Source: Armatimonadota bacterium (GTDB lineage Bacteria; Armatimonadota; SYMT01). From it: DNA of 64,000 bases. Shown piece after piece: positions 37,612 through 46,940 of the stretch; the first letter of the stretch is position 1; every line of letters begins with the position of its first letter. Under the pieces are notes generated by a model. The model was not told the DNA's origin and made no database searches. It saw only the letters and a program-made list of their open reading frames with translations. The stretch spans positions 445,856 through 509,855 of the forward strand of contig JAWLHY010000004.1 of assembly GCA_041690135.1 (NCBI GenBank). The letters run 5' to 3'. Both the position numbers and the translations under genes were made by a program.

Positions 37612-38946
37612 TTACAGGCGAACGATGCGGTCGTCGAAGTAGCCCTTCAGCGCGTTCCGGGTATCCACGACCACGTCCGAATGACGGAGGACGGCGCCAT
37701 AATCCACACTGCTGTGATCCGTGACCACGACGACCGCATCGGCGGCACTCAGCGTATCCGGCGTCAGCGCCACCGATTCCAGGGTGCCCACCGGCGTCTC
37801 CAGGCTGGGGACGAAGGGATCGTGATAGACGATCTCGGCCCCCTTCCCACGTAGGCGGTCGATGACATGCAGCGCGGGAGACTCGCGCACGTCATCGATG
37901 TCCCGCTTGTAGGCGACCCCCAGTACCAGTACCCGGGCTCCGTTCAGGCTCTTGCGCCGGTCGTTCAGCGCATCCTGGACGCGGCGGACGACGATCTCCG
38001 GCATCTGGTCGTTCACCTGGCCGGCCAGCTCGATAAAGCGGGCGTAGCCGTGGAACTCCTGAACCTTCCAGGCGAAGTAGTAGGGGTCGATCGGGATACA
38101 GTGCCCGCCCACGCCCGGCCCGGGATAGAACGGCATGAAGCCGAACGGCTTGGTGGCCGCCGCTTCGATGACTTCCCAGATGTCGATGCCCATCTCGTGA
38201 CAGAGAATCGCCATCTCGTTGGCCAGCGCGATGTTGACATGGCGGAAGGTGTTCTCCAGGAGCTTCGCCATCTCGGCGACGCGCGGCGTACCGACCGAGA
38301 CCACCCGATCGATGGCCGTACCGTAGACCGCGGCCGCGGCTTCGGTCGCTTCCGGCGTCACACCACCCACGATCTTGGGAGTATTACGCAGGCCGAACTT
38401 CCGGTTGCCCGGCTCGATGCGCTCGGGAGAGTAGGCGAGCAGGAAGTCCGTACCACAGCGCAGGCCGTCGGCCTCGAGCCGGGGCAGCAGGATCTCCTGC
38501 GTGGTGCCGGGGTAAGTGGTGCTCTCCAGGACCACCAGCATGCCGGGCCGCAGGTTGGGCCGAATCGCCTCGGCGGCGGCGAGCACGTACCGGAGGTCCG
38601 GCTGCTTTGCCTTGGTGTAGGGCGTCGGCACGGTAATGATCACCACGTCCGCGTTCCGAACCGCCTGGACCGGGTCGGCGGTCGCCCGGAAGCGCCCGGC
38701 CTGGAGCTGCTGCTGTACGGCGGCCGAAGGCACGTCGAGAACGTAAGACTCGCCGTCGGACAACTGGCGGACCTTCTCCGGGTCCACATCGAGACCGCGG
38801 ACCTGGAAGCCCGCCTCGGCCAGGGAGACAGCCAGCGGCAAGCCTACGTAGCCCAACCCGATGATACAGATGCGGGCCTGTCGCTCGTGAATGAGCGTGG
38901 GCAGACGATGGATATCTTGATTGATCAGGGTTTCCTCGGTGATCAT
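37612..38946 (-). CDS. UDP-N-acetylhexosamine 6-dehydrogenase (WbpA/WbpO/WecC family)
   Basis: GLGYVGLP, ESTTYPGTT, SPER, AKLLENTFR, GVGGHC, AYK..DD.RESP. Confidence 0.95.
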   Translation of the reverse strand: MITEETLINQDIHRLPTLIHERQARICIIGLGYVGLPLAVSLAEAGFQVRGLDVDPEKVRQLSDGESYVLDVPSAAVQQQLQAGRFRATADPVQAVRNADVVIITVPTPYTKAKQPDLRYVLAAAEAIRPNLRPGMLVVLESTTYPGTTQEILLPRLEADGLRCGTDFLLAYSPERIEPGNRKFGLRNTPKIVGGVTPEATEAAAAVYGTAIDRVVSVGTPRVAEMAKLLENTFRHVNIALANEMAILCHEMGIDIWEVIEAAATKPFGFMPFYPGPGVGGHCIPIDPYYFAWKVQEFHGYARFIELAGQVNDQMPEIVVRRVQDALNDRRKSLNGARVLVLGVAYKRDIDDVRESPALHVIDRLRGKGAEIVYHDPFVPSLETPVGTLESVALTPDTLSAADAVVVVTDHSSVDYGAVLRHSDVVVDTRNALKGYFDDRIVRL

Positions 38947-39132
38947 CGACGCTCCCGATTTGTTCCGTGGGGTGAGTGGGGGTCCGGGATCGAGACCCCG
39001 TTCCGGCTCACCGCTTCTTCACAGGCAGAGGCCCGCGGTCCGCAGAGGGTTGAAAAAGAACTGGCCACACGGACGGGTCTCCGTGTGACCAGCATGCAGG
39101 CCAGCAGGCCTAATGTGCAGGGTGCAGTTCGA

Positions 39133-40356
39133 TCAGAACAGGCCGAACAGGAAGCCCAGCGGCGAGATCTGCTCCAGGAAGCTCCGCTTCTGGGGTCCCT
39201 TCGCGGGGATGAACAACAGGTCGCCATGCTGGATGGCCATGGCACTCTGCTTGTTCTTCGCCTGCAGCATCTTCTTCAGATCGACCGGTACCGCGGTCGG
39301 CTTCCCGTCCTTGCCGCGGCGCATGATGGAGGCCTTCGCCAGGTCGGCGGTGGGCCCGGGGCCGCCCGCCTGGATCAGCAGGTCGAGCACCGTTTCCCCA
39401 CCCTGGAGGGAGATTTCGCCCTGCTTCGGCACCTCGCCGATGACGACCGCCCGCTGGTGGTTCTCGCGGATAATCAGCGTATCGCCGTTCTCCAGCTTCA
39501 CGTTCAGCTTCTCATCCTGGCCGCTCAGAAGGGCCCCCAGGTCGAGCTGTCGGAGGCCGTTTTCGGTCCGGCGGGCAAAGGTGGCGCGCGTGAGGTCCGC
39601 CTTGGGGGTCGCTCCCCCCGCCACCGTGAGGAGCTCCAGCAGCGTCATTCCCGGCTGGATCTCGTAGGCGCCCGGCTTGGCGACTTCCCCCAGGATCGTG
39701 GCCGTGGCGCGGTCGGGCACTCCCTCCGGCACGATGATCAGGTCACCCGGCTTGATCGGCACGTTGGTCCGCGCCTCCAGGCCCATGACCCCCGGCGACA
39801 GGTCGAGCGTCTGCACCTTCTTATCGGCCCGGGTGATGGTCACCCGGCGGAGATCCGCATTCGGCATCGGCCCGCCCGCCGCGGCGAGGGCTTCCGTGAG
39901 ACGCCACTCCTCGCGGAGCTCGAACAGCCCCGGCGCCCGCACCGCACCCAACACGGTGATCTGCGGCGCCTTCTCCGGGACGGTACTCTGCAGGCTGATG
40001 GTCACCTGCGGGTTGTTCAGCTCCTTTTCCAGCCCCTTGGCCACCTTTCGGGTCAGTTCGGTGATCGTGCTCCCAGCGGCCTGTAACTCTCCGGCGACGG
40101 GGAAGTTGATCTTGCCGTCCGGCTGGATCGTGATCACGCGCCCGTATTGGGTCTGCGGAGAGACCGTCACGTTGATCACGTCGCCGGGGCGGAGCTTGTA
40201 GAGTTCCTCCGCGGCTCGTACGGATCGCGCGCCCAGGGCCAGGAATATCCCCAGCAGCGCCAGACCCAGCAGAGCCGGTCGGAAATGCTTACCTGTGAAG
40301 GAGGGGGTGGGCCCCCGGGACCCACCCACCCCCTGGGAGATCAGTCGGCGGATCAT
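39133..40356 (-). CDS. Polysaccharide export protein with SLBB repeats (Wza-like)
   Basis: YKLRPGD, PDGKINFP, repeated GxVxxPG..LxAGG SLBB units, C-terminal amphipathic helix; ATGA overlap with wzc. Confidence 0.9.
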   Translation of the reverse strand: MIRRLISQGVGGSRGPTPSFTGKHFRPALLGLALLGIFLALGARSVRAAEELYKLRPGDVINVTVSPQTQYGRVITIQPDGKINFPVAGELQAAGSTITELTRKVAKGLEKELNNPQVTISLQSTVPEKAPQITVLGAVRAPGLFELREEWRLTEALAAAGGPMPNADLRRVTITRADKKVQTLDLSPGVMGLEARTNVPIKPGDLIIVPEGVPDRATATILGEVAKPGAYEIQPGMTLLELLTVAGGATPKADLTRATFARRTENGLRQLDLGALLSGQDEKLNVKLENGDTLIIRENHQRAVVIGEVPKQGEISLQGGETVLDLLIQAGGPGPTADLAKASIMRRGKDGKPTAVPVDLKKMLQAKNKQSAMAIQHGDLLFIPAKGPQKRSFLEQISPLGFLFGLF

Positions 40357-42554
40357 TGAGCCCGCTCCTTTCTCTCGTTTCCGCTTTCGCTGCCTTCACC
40401 GCCCACCGCGATCAGCGCGGTGTGACCGTTCTCGGCCGGAGGCGCCACGTCGGTCCGGAGCACCTCGTTGAACGGATGCGACCGGTAGCCGTAGCGCCCG
40501 TAGAACATGCCGCCGTCGCGGCCCGCACGATTGAAGACCACGCCCAGCACGCGAGCCCGCGCGCGATGGAGAAGCTCCCGCGCGTACCGCAGGGCGCCCT
40601 TGCGGGTCTTGCCCACGTCGACCACCAGCACCACGCCATCCACTTTGGCGGAGAGGACCAGCGCGTCCGTTACCGGCAGGCACGGCGGGGTGTCGATGAT
40701 CACCAGGTCGTACTGCCCGGCGAGCGTATCGAGCAGCTCCGTCATCCGCGGGGTGTTCAACAGCTCCGACGGATGGCTGGGGATCGGCCCGGAGCAGATC
40801 ACGTGCAGGTTCGGCGTGGCCGTCGCACGGATCGCGCTCTCCAGGCTGCAGCGCTCGTAGAGCAGGTTCGTAAGACCCGGCTCCCGCTCCAGGCGCAGCA
40901 GCGAGTGGATGTTCGGCCGGCGCAGGTCGGCATCGATCAGGATCACTCGCTTGCCGTCCATCGCCATCGCCGTGGCCAGGTTGACGGTGGTGAGGCTCTT
41001 CCCTTCCCCACGCGCCATGCTGGTGACCATCATCGTCCGCACCGGAGCATCCAGCGCCGCAAAGGCAATGCTGGAACGCAGGGCGCGGTAGGACTCGGAG
41101 ACCACCGAGTGGGCAGGCAACTGCGACACCAGGCGCGGCGACTGCAGCCCCATCTGCGGGACGTGTCCCAGGAGCCCAACGTGGGTGAGGCGCTCCGCTT
41201 CTTCCGGCGTATGGACGCGGTCGTCCCAGCGCTCCGCCAGGAAGGCGCAGCAGAGACCCAGGATCAGACCGAGCGCGGCGGCCACGGTATACATCCGATA
41301 GGGATCGGGGAACACCGGGCGCTTCGGTTCGGTAGCGGCGGTGAGCACCCGCGCGGGGGTGACGTTCGCCTTCTCGCGGATCCGCAGGTCCTGCAGCTTC
41401 TCCAGCAGCAGGGCGTACCGCTTCTCCGTCTGCTCCCGCTCCCGGGTGAGACCGGTGAGCCGCACTTCCCAGGCGCCGAGATCGGTGTTCGTGCCCGTGG
41501 ATTGGCGGGCCTGAAGCTCGCCGTTGGCCCGGTTGTACTCCGCCCGCACGCGGCGCAGTTGGTCCTCTCGCTCCCGGAGCCGCACGGTCAATTGCAGGTG
41601 CGACGGGTTCGGGAGCTTCGTCGTGTTCGCCCGGGTCAGCGGTTCGGCCTGAAGGCGCTTCGTGAGATCGTTGATCTGCACGTCGAGCTGCTTCACGATG
41701 GGGCTCGTGGGCTTGTAGTCCACCAGCGCGGCCACCCGCTTCTGCTCCAGATCGGCCAACTGGTCCCGAAGCTGCTGCACCCGGGGGTTGTCCAGCTCCG
41801 TTACCTGCTCCAGCGTCTCCGGCTCGTTGGCGAGCTGCGTGGACAGATCCTGGACTTCCGCTTCGAGGCCCGCCAGATCCGCCCGGAGCTGCCGCGTGCG
41901 AGACTGGAGGTCCAGCGACTCCCGGAATTGCTGCTCCTGGCGCGCGGTGGCCTCCTCAATGCGATACTGCTTGCGGAAGCCGGCGAGACGGTCCTCGGAG
42001 CGGACCAGTTCCCGGTGCGCTCCGGCCACCTCCACCTCAACGAACGCGAGCGCCTTGCGGATTCCCTGCATGCTCTGCTGGTGGAGGTTCTGCAGGTGCA
42101 CGTTCACCATGGCGTTGGCCAGCTCGGTCGAGTACTTCGGACTGCCGCTCTCCACCCGCACCGCCACGATCTGCGTGCCTTCCAGGTTCTCGATGTGAAC
42201 ACTGGGAGCTTCCGCATCCGGCGGCAACTCCGTCTTGACGCGCTGCTGCGCTTCCATGAAGAAAGTGCCCGTGCGCATCAACTGGATCTGCGTGGGGAGA
42301 CTGTCGGGCTGGATCTTCGCCAGCATCATCGCCAGGGGGTTCTCCACCTCGACCATGTTCACCCGCGGCGCTTCCGCCTCCACGACGAACCGCGCCTCGC
42401 TGGCATATATCGGATCAGATACGCGGATCAGGGCATAGCAGGCCGCCAGCGCCAGCAGCAGGACCGATAACACGACCCACTTCCGCCGCCACGTAACCTC
42501 GACATACTCCCGGAGGTCCACGTCTGCTTCTGTCTGCACAGGTTCCAGACTCAT
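40353..42554 (-). CDS. Polysaccharide co-polymerase / BY-kinase (Wzc/GumC-like)
   Basis: Two TM helices around a long coiled coil; ESYRALRS, Walker A GEGKS, DADLRRP, DTPP, C-terminal YGRYGY; the start is ATG 42554, not the ORF-track 43094. Confidence 0.93.
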   Translation of the reverse strand: MSLEPVQTEADVDLREYVEVTWRRKWVVLSVLLLALAACYALIRVSDPIYASEARFVVEAEAPRVNMVEVENPLAMMLAKIQPDSLPTQIQLMRTGTFFMEAQQRVKTELPPDAEAPSVHIENLEGTQIVAVRVESGSPKYSTELANAMVNVHLQNLHQQSMQGIRKALAFVEVEVAGAHRELVRSEDRLAGFRKQYRIEEATARQEQQFRESLDLQSRTRQLRADLAGLEAEVQDLSTQLANEPETLEQVTELDNPRVQQLRDQLADLEQKRVAALVDYKPTSPIVKQLDVQINDLTKRLQAEPLTRANTTKLPNPSHLQLTVRLREREDQLRRVRAEYNRANGELQARQSTGTNTDLGAWEVRLTGLTREREQTEKRYALLLEKLQDLRIREKANVTPARVLTAATEPKRPVFPDPYRMYTVAAALGLILGLCCAFLAERWDDRVHTPEEAERLTHVGLLGHVPQMGLQSPRLVSQLPAHSVVSESYRALRSSIAFAALDAPVRTMMVTSMARGEGKSLTTVNLATAMAMDGKRVILIDADLRRPNIHSLLRLEREPGLTNLLYERCSLESAIRATATPNLHVICSGPIPSHPSELLNTPRMTELLDTLAGQYDLVIIDTPPCLPVTDALVLSAKVDGVVLVVDVGKTRKGALRYARELLHRARARVLGVVFNRAGRDGGMFYGRYGYRSHPFNEVLRTDVAPPAENGHTALIAVGGEGSESGNERKERAQ

Positions 42555-42597
42555 CGCTTGATCCCAACTTTCCGTTGTTTCACTCTGTCGTTCGGGT

Positions 42598-44598
42598 TCA
42601 GAGCCGTATTCCTTCCGTCGCGGCTTCCAGCGCCCGGTGGCCGTTCTCGCGCACGGCGTGGCCGGAGGCGCGGGCGGGCGCGGGTTCTTCGCTCTCCGTC
42701 TCCCGGCTTTCCGCATCGACCCGGGAAGCGACCGCAGGTAGCCCGGAGGGGCGATAGGTTTGGACCACTTCCGCCAGGAGCTGCCGGATCTCTTCTTCGT
42801 CCCCTTCGGCGGCGGCCTGAGCGAGCGCGTCCACCCGGGAGTGGAGCCAGCGCTCATTGATCTGCGCCAGCGGAGCGGCGCGGATGCGGTCGTACTTGGT
42901 GACCACCACGCCTTCCTCGGCCGTAAGGACTTCCTCGTAGAGCTTTTCGCCCGGCCGGATTCCCGTGAACCGGAACCGCACGTCCCGGTCGGGCACGAGC
43001 CCACACAGGCGGACCAGGTCACGGGCCAGATCCACGATGCGCACCGGCTCGCCCATGTCCAGCACGAAGACCTGGCCGGAGTTGCCGAGGGCACCGGCCT
43101 GGAGCACCAGGGTTACCGCTTCCGGGATGGTCATGAAGAAGCGGACCATCTCCGGATGCGTGATCGTCACGGGCAGGTTGCGCAGGATCTGGCGCTGGAT
43201 GACGGGCACCACGCTGCCGCGGCTACCCAGCACGTTGCCGAACCGGACGGCCATGTAGCGCCCGCTGCACCGCTGCCCCTGCGCCTGGAGCATCATCTCC
43301 GCCACGCGCTTGGTGGCCCCCATCACGCTGGTGGGGTTCACCGCTTTGTCGGTCGAGATCAGGACGAACGTCTTGATGTCGAAGCGTTCGCTCACCCAGA
43401 GCAGGTTGCGCGTGCCCAGCACATTGTTCTTGATCGCCTCCGTCGGGTTGCTCTCCATCAGCGGCACGTGCTTGTGCGCGGCCGCATGGAAGACGACGGT
43501 GGGGCGATATTTGCCGAAGATCTGCTCCAGACGCCGGCGGTCGCACACGTCCCCGATGAGCGGAACCGCTGTAACCCCGTGCTCTTGCTGGAGCTCCTGG
43601 TGGATCTGGAAGACGCTGTGCTCCCCGTGACCCAGCAGAAGAATCTGCCGGGGTTTCAGCGTCAGTAGTTGCCGCACCAACTCGCTGCCGATGGAACCGC
43701 CGGCCCCGGTCACCAGCACGACCTCCCCCTCCACGTAATTGCCCGTTTCCTTCGGGTCGACCCGGACCGGGGGGCGGCGGAGCAGGTCTTCCGGTCGAAC
43801 ATCCCGCACCTGCGCGAGGGCAACCTGGCGATGGCCATCCCAGGGATCGTGCAGGATCCGGAGCTGGACCGGCAGCTTCTCGCAGAGTTGGATGATACGG
43901 TGGATGTCGTTCCCGCTGGCGTGCGAGAGCGCGATGATCACCTCGTCTACCTGGTGCTCCACCACCACGGGCGCCACCTGGGTGAGATCGCCGAAGACGG
44001 GCTGCCCGTAAATGGTGTGCCCGTGCGCCTGCGCCTCATCCGTAAGGAATCCCACGAGCGAGTAGCCCGCGCCGGAGCGCCGCGCCAGGTCGCGCGCGAG
44101 CGACACCGCCAGGTCGTTCACCCCCAGGATCAGGACCTTCCGGCGAGGGCTGCCGGGGGTCAAGCTCAAGCTGCGGACGACGCGGGTCGTCGCTTCCCGG
44201 AGGGCCAGGCGCTCCGATCCGAGGAGCACTACCACCAGCAGCCAGTCCATCACCAGGACCGAACGCGGGAAGCCGGTATCTCGCGTCAACACGAGCAGGG
44301 CGAACAGGAGACTGCTGGCGGTCGAGGCCTTGAACAGGCGCATCAGGTCGGGCAGGCCCACGTAGCGCCAGGAGAGACGATACATGTCGAACCAGACCAG
44401 GGACGCCAGGCGGAGACCCAGCAGAACCGGCAGAAGTTCCCACATCGCCTGCTCTTCGGCGGCCGGAATGGGATCCGGCACGAACCGGAGAAGGAACGCC
44501 CAGAGGTATGCCGCGGTACAGAGGAGCATGTCCCCCGTAACCAGGCAGAACCGGCGAAAAACTCGATTGTGAATGGCCGTCTTTACCGCTTGATGCAT
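42598..44598 (-). CDS. Membrane-bound UDP-GlcNAc 4,6-dehydratase (CapD/WbpM/PglF family)
   Basis: N-terminal TMs; GAGGSIGSEL, HAAAHKHVP, STDKAVNP, MGATK, RFGNVLGSRGSV, GIRPGEKLYEE. Confidence 0.95.
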   Translation of the reverse strand: MHQAVKTAIHNRVFRRFCLVTGDMLLCTAAYLWAFLLRFVPDPIPAAEEQAMWELLPVLLGLRLASLVWFDMYRLSWRYVGLPDLMRLFKASTASSLLFALLVLTRDTGFPRSVLVMDWLLVVVLLGSERLALREATTRVVRSLSLTPGSPRRKVLILGVNDLAVSLARDLARRSGAGYSLVGFLTDEAQAHGHTIYGQPVFGDLTQVAPVVVEHQVDEVIIALSHASGNDIHRIIQLCEKLPVQLRILHDPWDGHRQVALAQVRDVRPEDLLRRPPVRVDPKETGNYVEGEVVLVTGAGGSIGSELVRQLLTLKPRQILLLGHGEHSVFQIHQELQQEHGVTAVPLIGDVCDRRRLEQIFGKYRPTVVFHAAAHKHVPLMESNPTEAIKNNVLGTRNLLWVSERFDIKTFVLISTDKAVNPTSVMGATKRVAEMMLQAQGQRCSGRYMAVRFGNVLGSRGSVVPVIQRQILRNLPVTITHPEMVRFFMTIPEAVTLVLQAGALGNSGQVFVLDMGEPVRIVDLARDLVRLCGLVPDRDVRFRFTGIRPGEKLYEEVLTAEEGVVVTKYDRIRAAPLAQINERWLHSRVDALAQAAAEGDEEEIRQLLAEVVQTYRPSGLPAVASRVDAESRETESEEPAPARASGHAVRENGHRALEAATEGIRL

Positions 44599-44683
44599 GC
44601 ACATGATCCAGGCGCCGGAAGGGATTGCCCCCTCCGGCGCCGCTCGGAGGCCCCGGAATACTACTCTTGGGATATCCCCGGGT

Positions 44684-45343
44684 TCACGCTGCCAAGAGCG
44701 AACATACTTCGTCGGGCTCGTCCTGTGCACGGTCGGCGACCATGCGACGGCCGACCAGGTCCGAACGCAGAATCTTGCGCAGGCGCCGGATGCCGTGGCG
44801 CAGCAGGCTGCGGGCGGTTGCGGGCTTGATCTGGAGCATTTCCGCGATGTCTTCGAACTCGCGCTCCTGGAAGTAGCGCAGGTACACCACGCTGCGCTGC
44901 CGCTCGGTCAACTGCTCCATCGCCTGGAGCAGGCTCTCCCGCAGGGTCACCCGGTCGGGCCAGTTCAGATCCTGGGCCGTCTCTTCGAGCTCCCAGCCGT
45001 CTCCCTCCAGCCGCGATGCGGCCAGCTCCCGCGCAGTGCGGCGCCATTCGCTCCGGGCATAAGTGAAGACGCATGAGCGGAGCTGGGAGAAAAGGTAGGC
45101 CGAAAGGGGCACTCCCCGGGAGGTGTCGTAGGCCTGAACGAGGTCGTGCAGGATGCAGTAGATCTCACCGACCAGGTCTTGCCGCAGTTCGGGACTGCTC
45201 CCATACTTCCGGATCAACCGCCGGCAGTAGGGACCGAACCGCACCAGTAGTTCCGCGGGAGGCGGGATCGCCTCCACTTCCGGGGTGCCCCGGAGCTCTC
45301 GCAGATCCCAATTACACTCTTCGTCGATAACCGCGTGACTCAC
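44684..45343 (-). CDS. Sigma-70 family (regions 2+4 only) RNA polymerase sigma factor heading the EPS cluster
   Basis: QDL.GE...YD..RGVP.SAY (region 2); LTERQRSVVYLRYF...EDIAEMLQI...ARS (region 4 HTH); AAGGAGGT RBS before GTG 45343. Confidence 0.88.
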   Translation of the reverse strand: MSHAVIDEECNWDLRELRGTPEVEAIPPPAELLVRFGPYCRRLIRKYGSSPELRQDLVGEIYCILHDLVQAYDTSRGVPLSAYLFSQLRSCVFTYARSEWRRTARELAASRLEGDGWELEETAQDLNWPDRVTLRESLLQAMEQLTERQRSVVYLRYFQEREFEDIAEMLQIKPATARSLLRHGIRRLRKILRSDLVGRRMVADRAQDEPDEVCSLLAA

Positions 45344-46217
45344 CCTGAACCTCCTTGCCGGAAAGAATTTCCGGCGCAATTCACTGACAGGTGAGTGCAT
45401 TCCAATCGCCTGCCGGCTAACTGGACACACAAACCCACCGCACAAAGGTACCGTTTGATGCTGACACACTCCGGAGTTAGGAGCGCTTTCCTGCTGAACG
45501 CTGGGTTGCTAGAGGAGGAAAACGCCGGATTCCGGCAAGCGGAAACTGTCCCTGGCGAAGCGGAGGTTCGTTGTTTAGATCTTCGACACGGATGCTCGGT
45601 GCGAACCGATGCAGAGGGATACCGCGCCGTTTAGATAGCTGATTGACGTGTAGACATCGAGGCCTAAGTCGTGGAATGATCTACCACGAGAGCCGAAATC
45701 CGAAACGGAGTTCGCTCAATAAAAACGCATCCGCCGTAGACCTGCTGCCCAGAACGTCGAAACGACCTTTCACTTCACACGGAACATTTCCGTCGATCGA
45801 TTTCTCGTAATTCACCGGTGGATGCTTCAGTTCCAACATCTCACCTGGCGGGAAGGCGTCTAGTCCGGTAACTGCCTGAACGCTTCCGGGTTTAGATACC
45901 CAGGCAAAATGACGCTCTGGTGAAGGAAAGATGGCGGTTGCATGTCAGCACGGTGTTTTCCCGGATAGTAAGCGTTGGGGTTGTTGGCCAGTTAAAGGAC
46001 GGTTCCATCATTCCCCGTCTACCAACCGACCTTCGCCTCCGTATCCCAGCATTACGCCCTTCGGAAATCGTGTTTGTGAGGTGCCGGTTGCAGGTATAAC
46101 GTGTTGCCGGTCGGTGCGCCCGGCTTCCCCAGGAGTATCCGGTGCGCCCTCCTTCAGCGTCGGCCGCGCCCAGTCACTCCACCACTCACCCAACCACGCA
46201 ATGCAAGAGGGGTTTGT

Positions 46218-46940
46218 ATGCAATCGACCACCGTCCTCGTGGTGGACGACCAACCGCAGTTCATCGCACCGATCAAGCGAAAGTTGGAGAATGAAGGGTT
46301 TCAGGTAGTCACCGCTTCCAATGGTGCGGAAGCCCTGGAGGTATTCGCGACGGCACGACCGGATGTCGTATCCCTCGATCTGTTGATCCCGGAGATCGAC
46401 GGCCTTACGGTGTGTAAACTCCTGCGCGAGCGCTCCGAAGTCCCCATCCTCATCCTGAGCGCCAAGTGCGAGGAGTCGGATGTGGTGCTGGGCCTGGAAG
46501 TCGGTGCGGACGATTACCTGGCCAAACCATTCCGATTGAACGAGTACCTGGCACGGATTCGTGCCCTGGTCCGCCGGCCTCACCTGGCCACGCCGCATCG
46601 GCCCGTGGAGAAGGAGGAGTTGGAAGTGGGTCGCATCCGGTTGTCCCTATCGACCCACGAGGTAGGGGTAGACGGCCGCCCGATCGCGCTCACTCCCACG
46701 GAGTTCCGGATCCTCTCGTTCCTGATGAAGCACCCGGAACGGGTCATCAGCCGCGACATGCTGCTGGAGGCCGTGTGGGGTTACACCGGTTACGACGAGA
46801 CCCTGATCAACACCCACGTGAAGCGGCTGCGGACCAAGATCGAGCGGAACCCGGATCGGCCGGAGATGCTGCTCACCGTGCGGGGTTTCGGTTACAAGCT
46901 GGTGCCGCGCGCCGGGGAACCCGCCAACCGCGCCGCCTAA
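46218..46940 (+). CDS. OmpR/PhoB family response regulator
   Basis: VVDD, phospho-Asp in SLDLLIP, GADDYLAKPF, winged helix LTPTEF..VWG..H.KRLRTK..VRGFGY. Confidence 0.95.
   Translation: MQSTTVLVVDDQPQFIAPIKRKLENEGFQVVTASNGAEALEVFATARPDVVSLDLLIPEIDGLTVCKLLRERSEVPILILSAKCEESDVVLGLEVGADDYLAKPFRLNEYLARIRALVRRPHLATPHRPVEKEELEVGRIRLSLSTHEVGVDGRPIALTPTEFRILSFLMKHPERVISRDMLLEAVWGYTGYDETLINTHVKRLRTKIERNPDRPEMLLTVRGFGYKLVPRAGEPANRAA

Noticed and set aside
42555-43094. N-terminal 180-aa extension of Wzc in the ORF track
   Set aside because: It overlaps capD in another frame and is compositionally non-protein-like; Wzc homology starts at ATG 42554.
45395-45634. Small ORF in the sigma-RR gap
   Set aside because: No RBS, atypical codon use and no motif.
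45640-45720. c-di-GMP-I (GEMM) riboswitch suggested by GGCCTAAG and nearby hairpins
   Set aside because: The upstream GCAAA / GNRA-hairpin / GACGCAAAGC elements are missing or in the wrong order; an Rfam scan would settle it.
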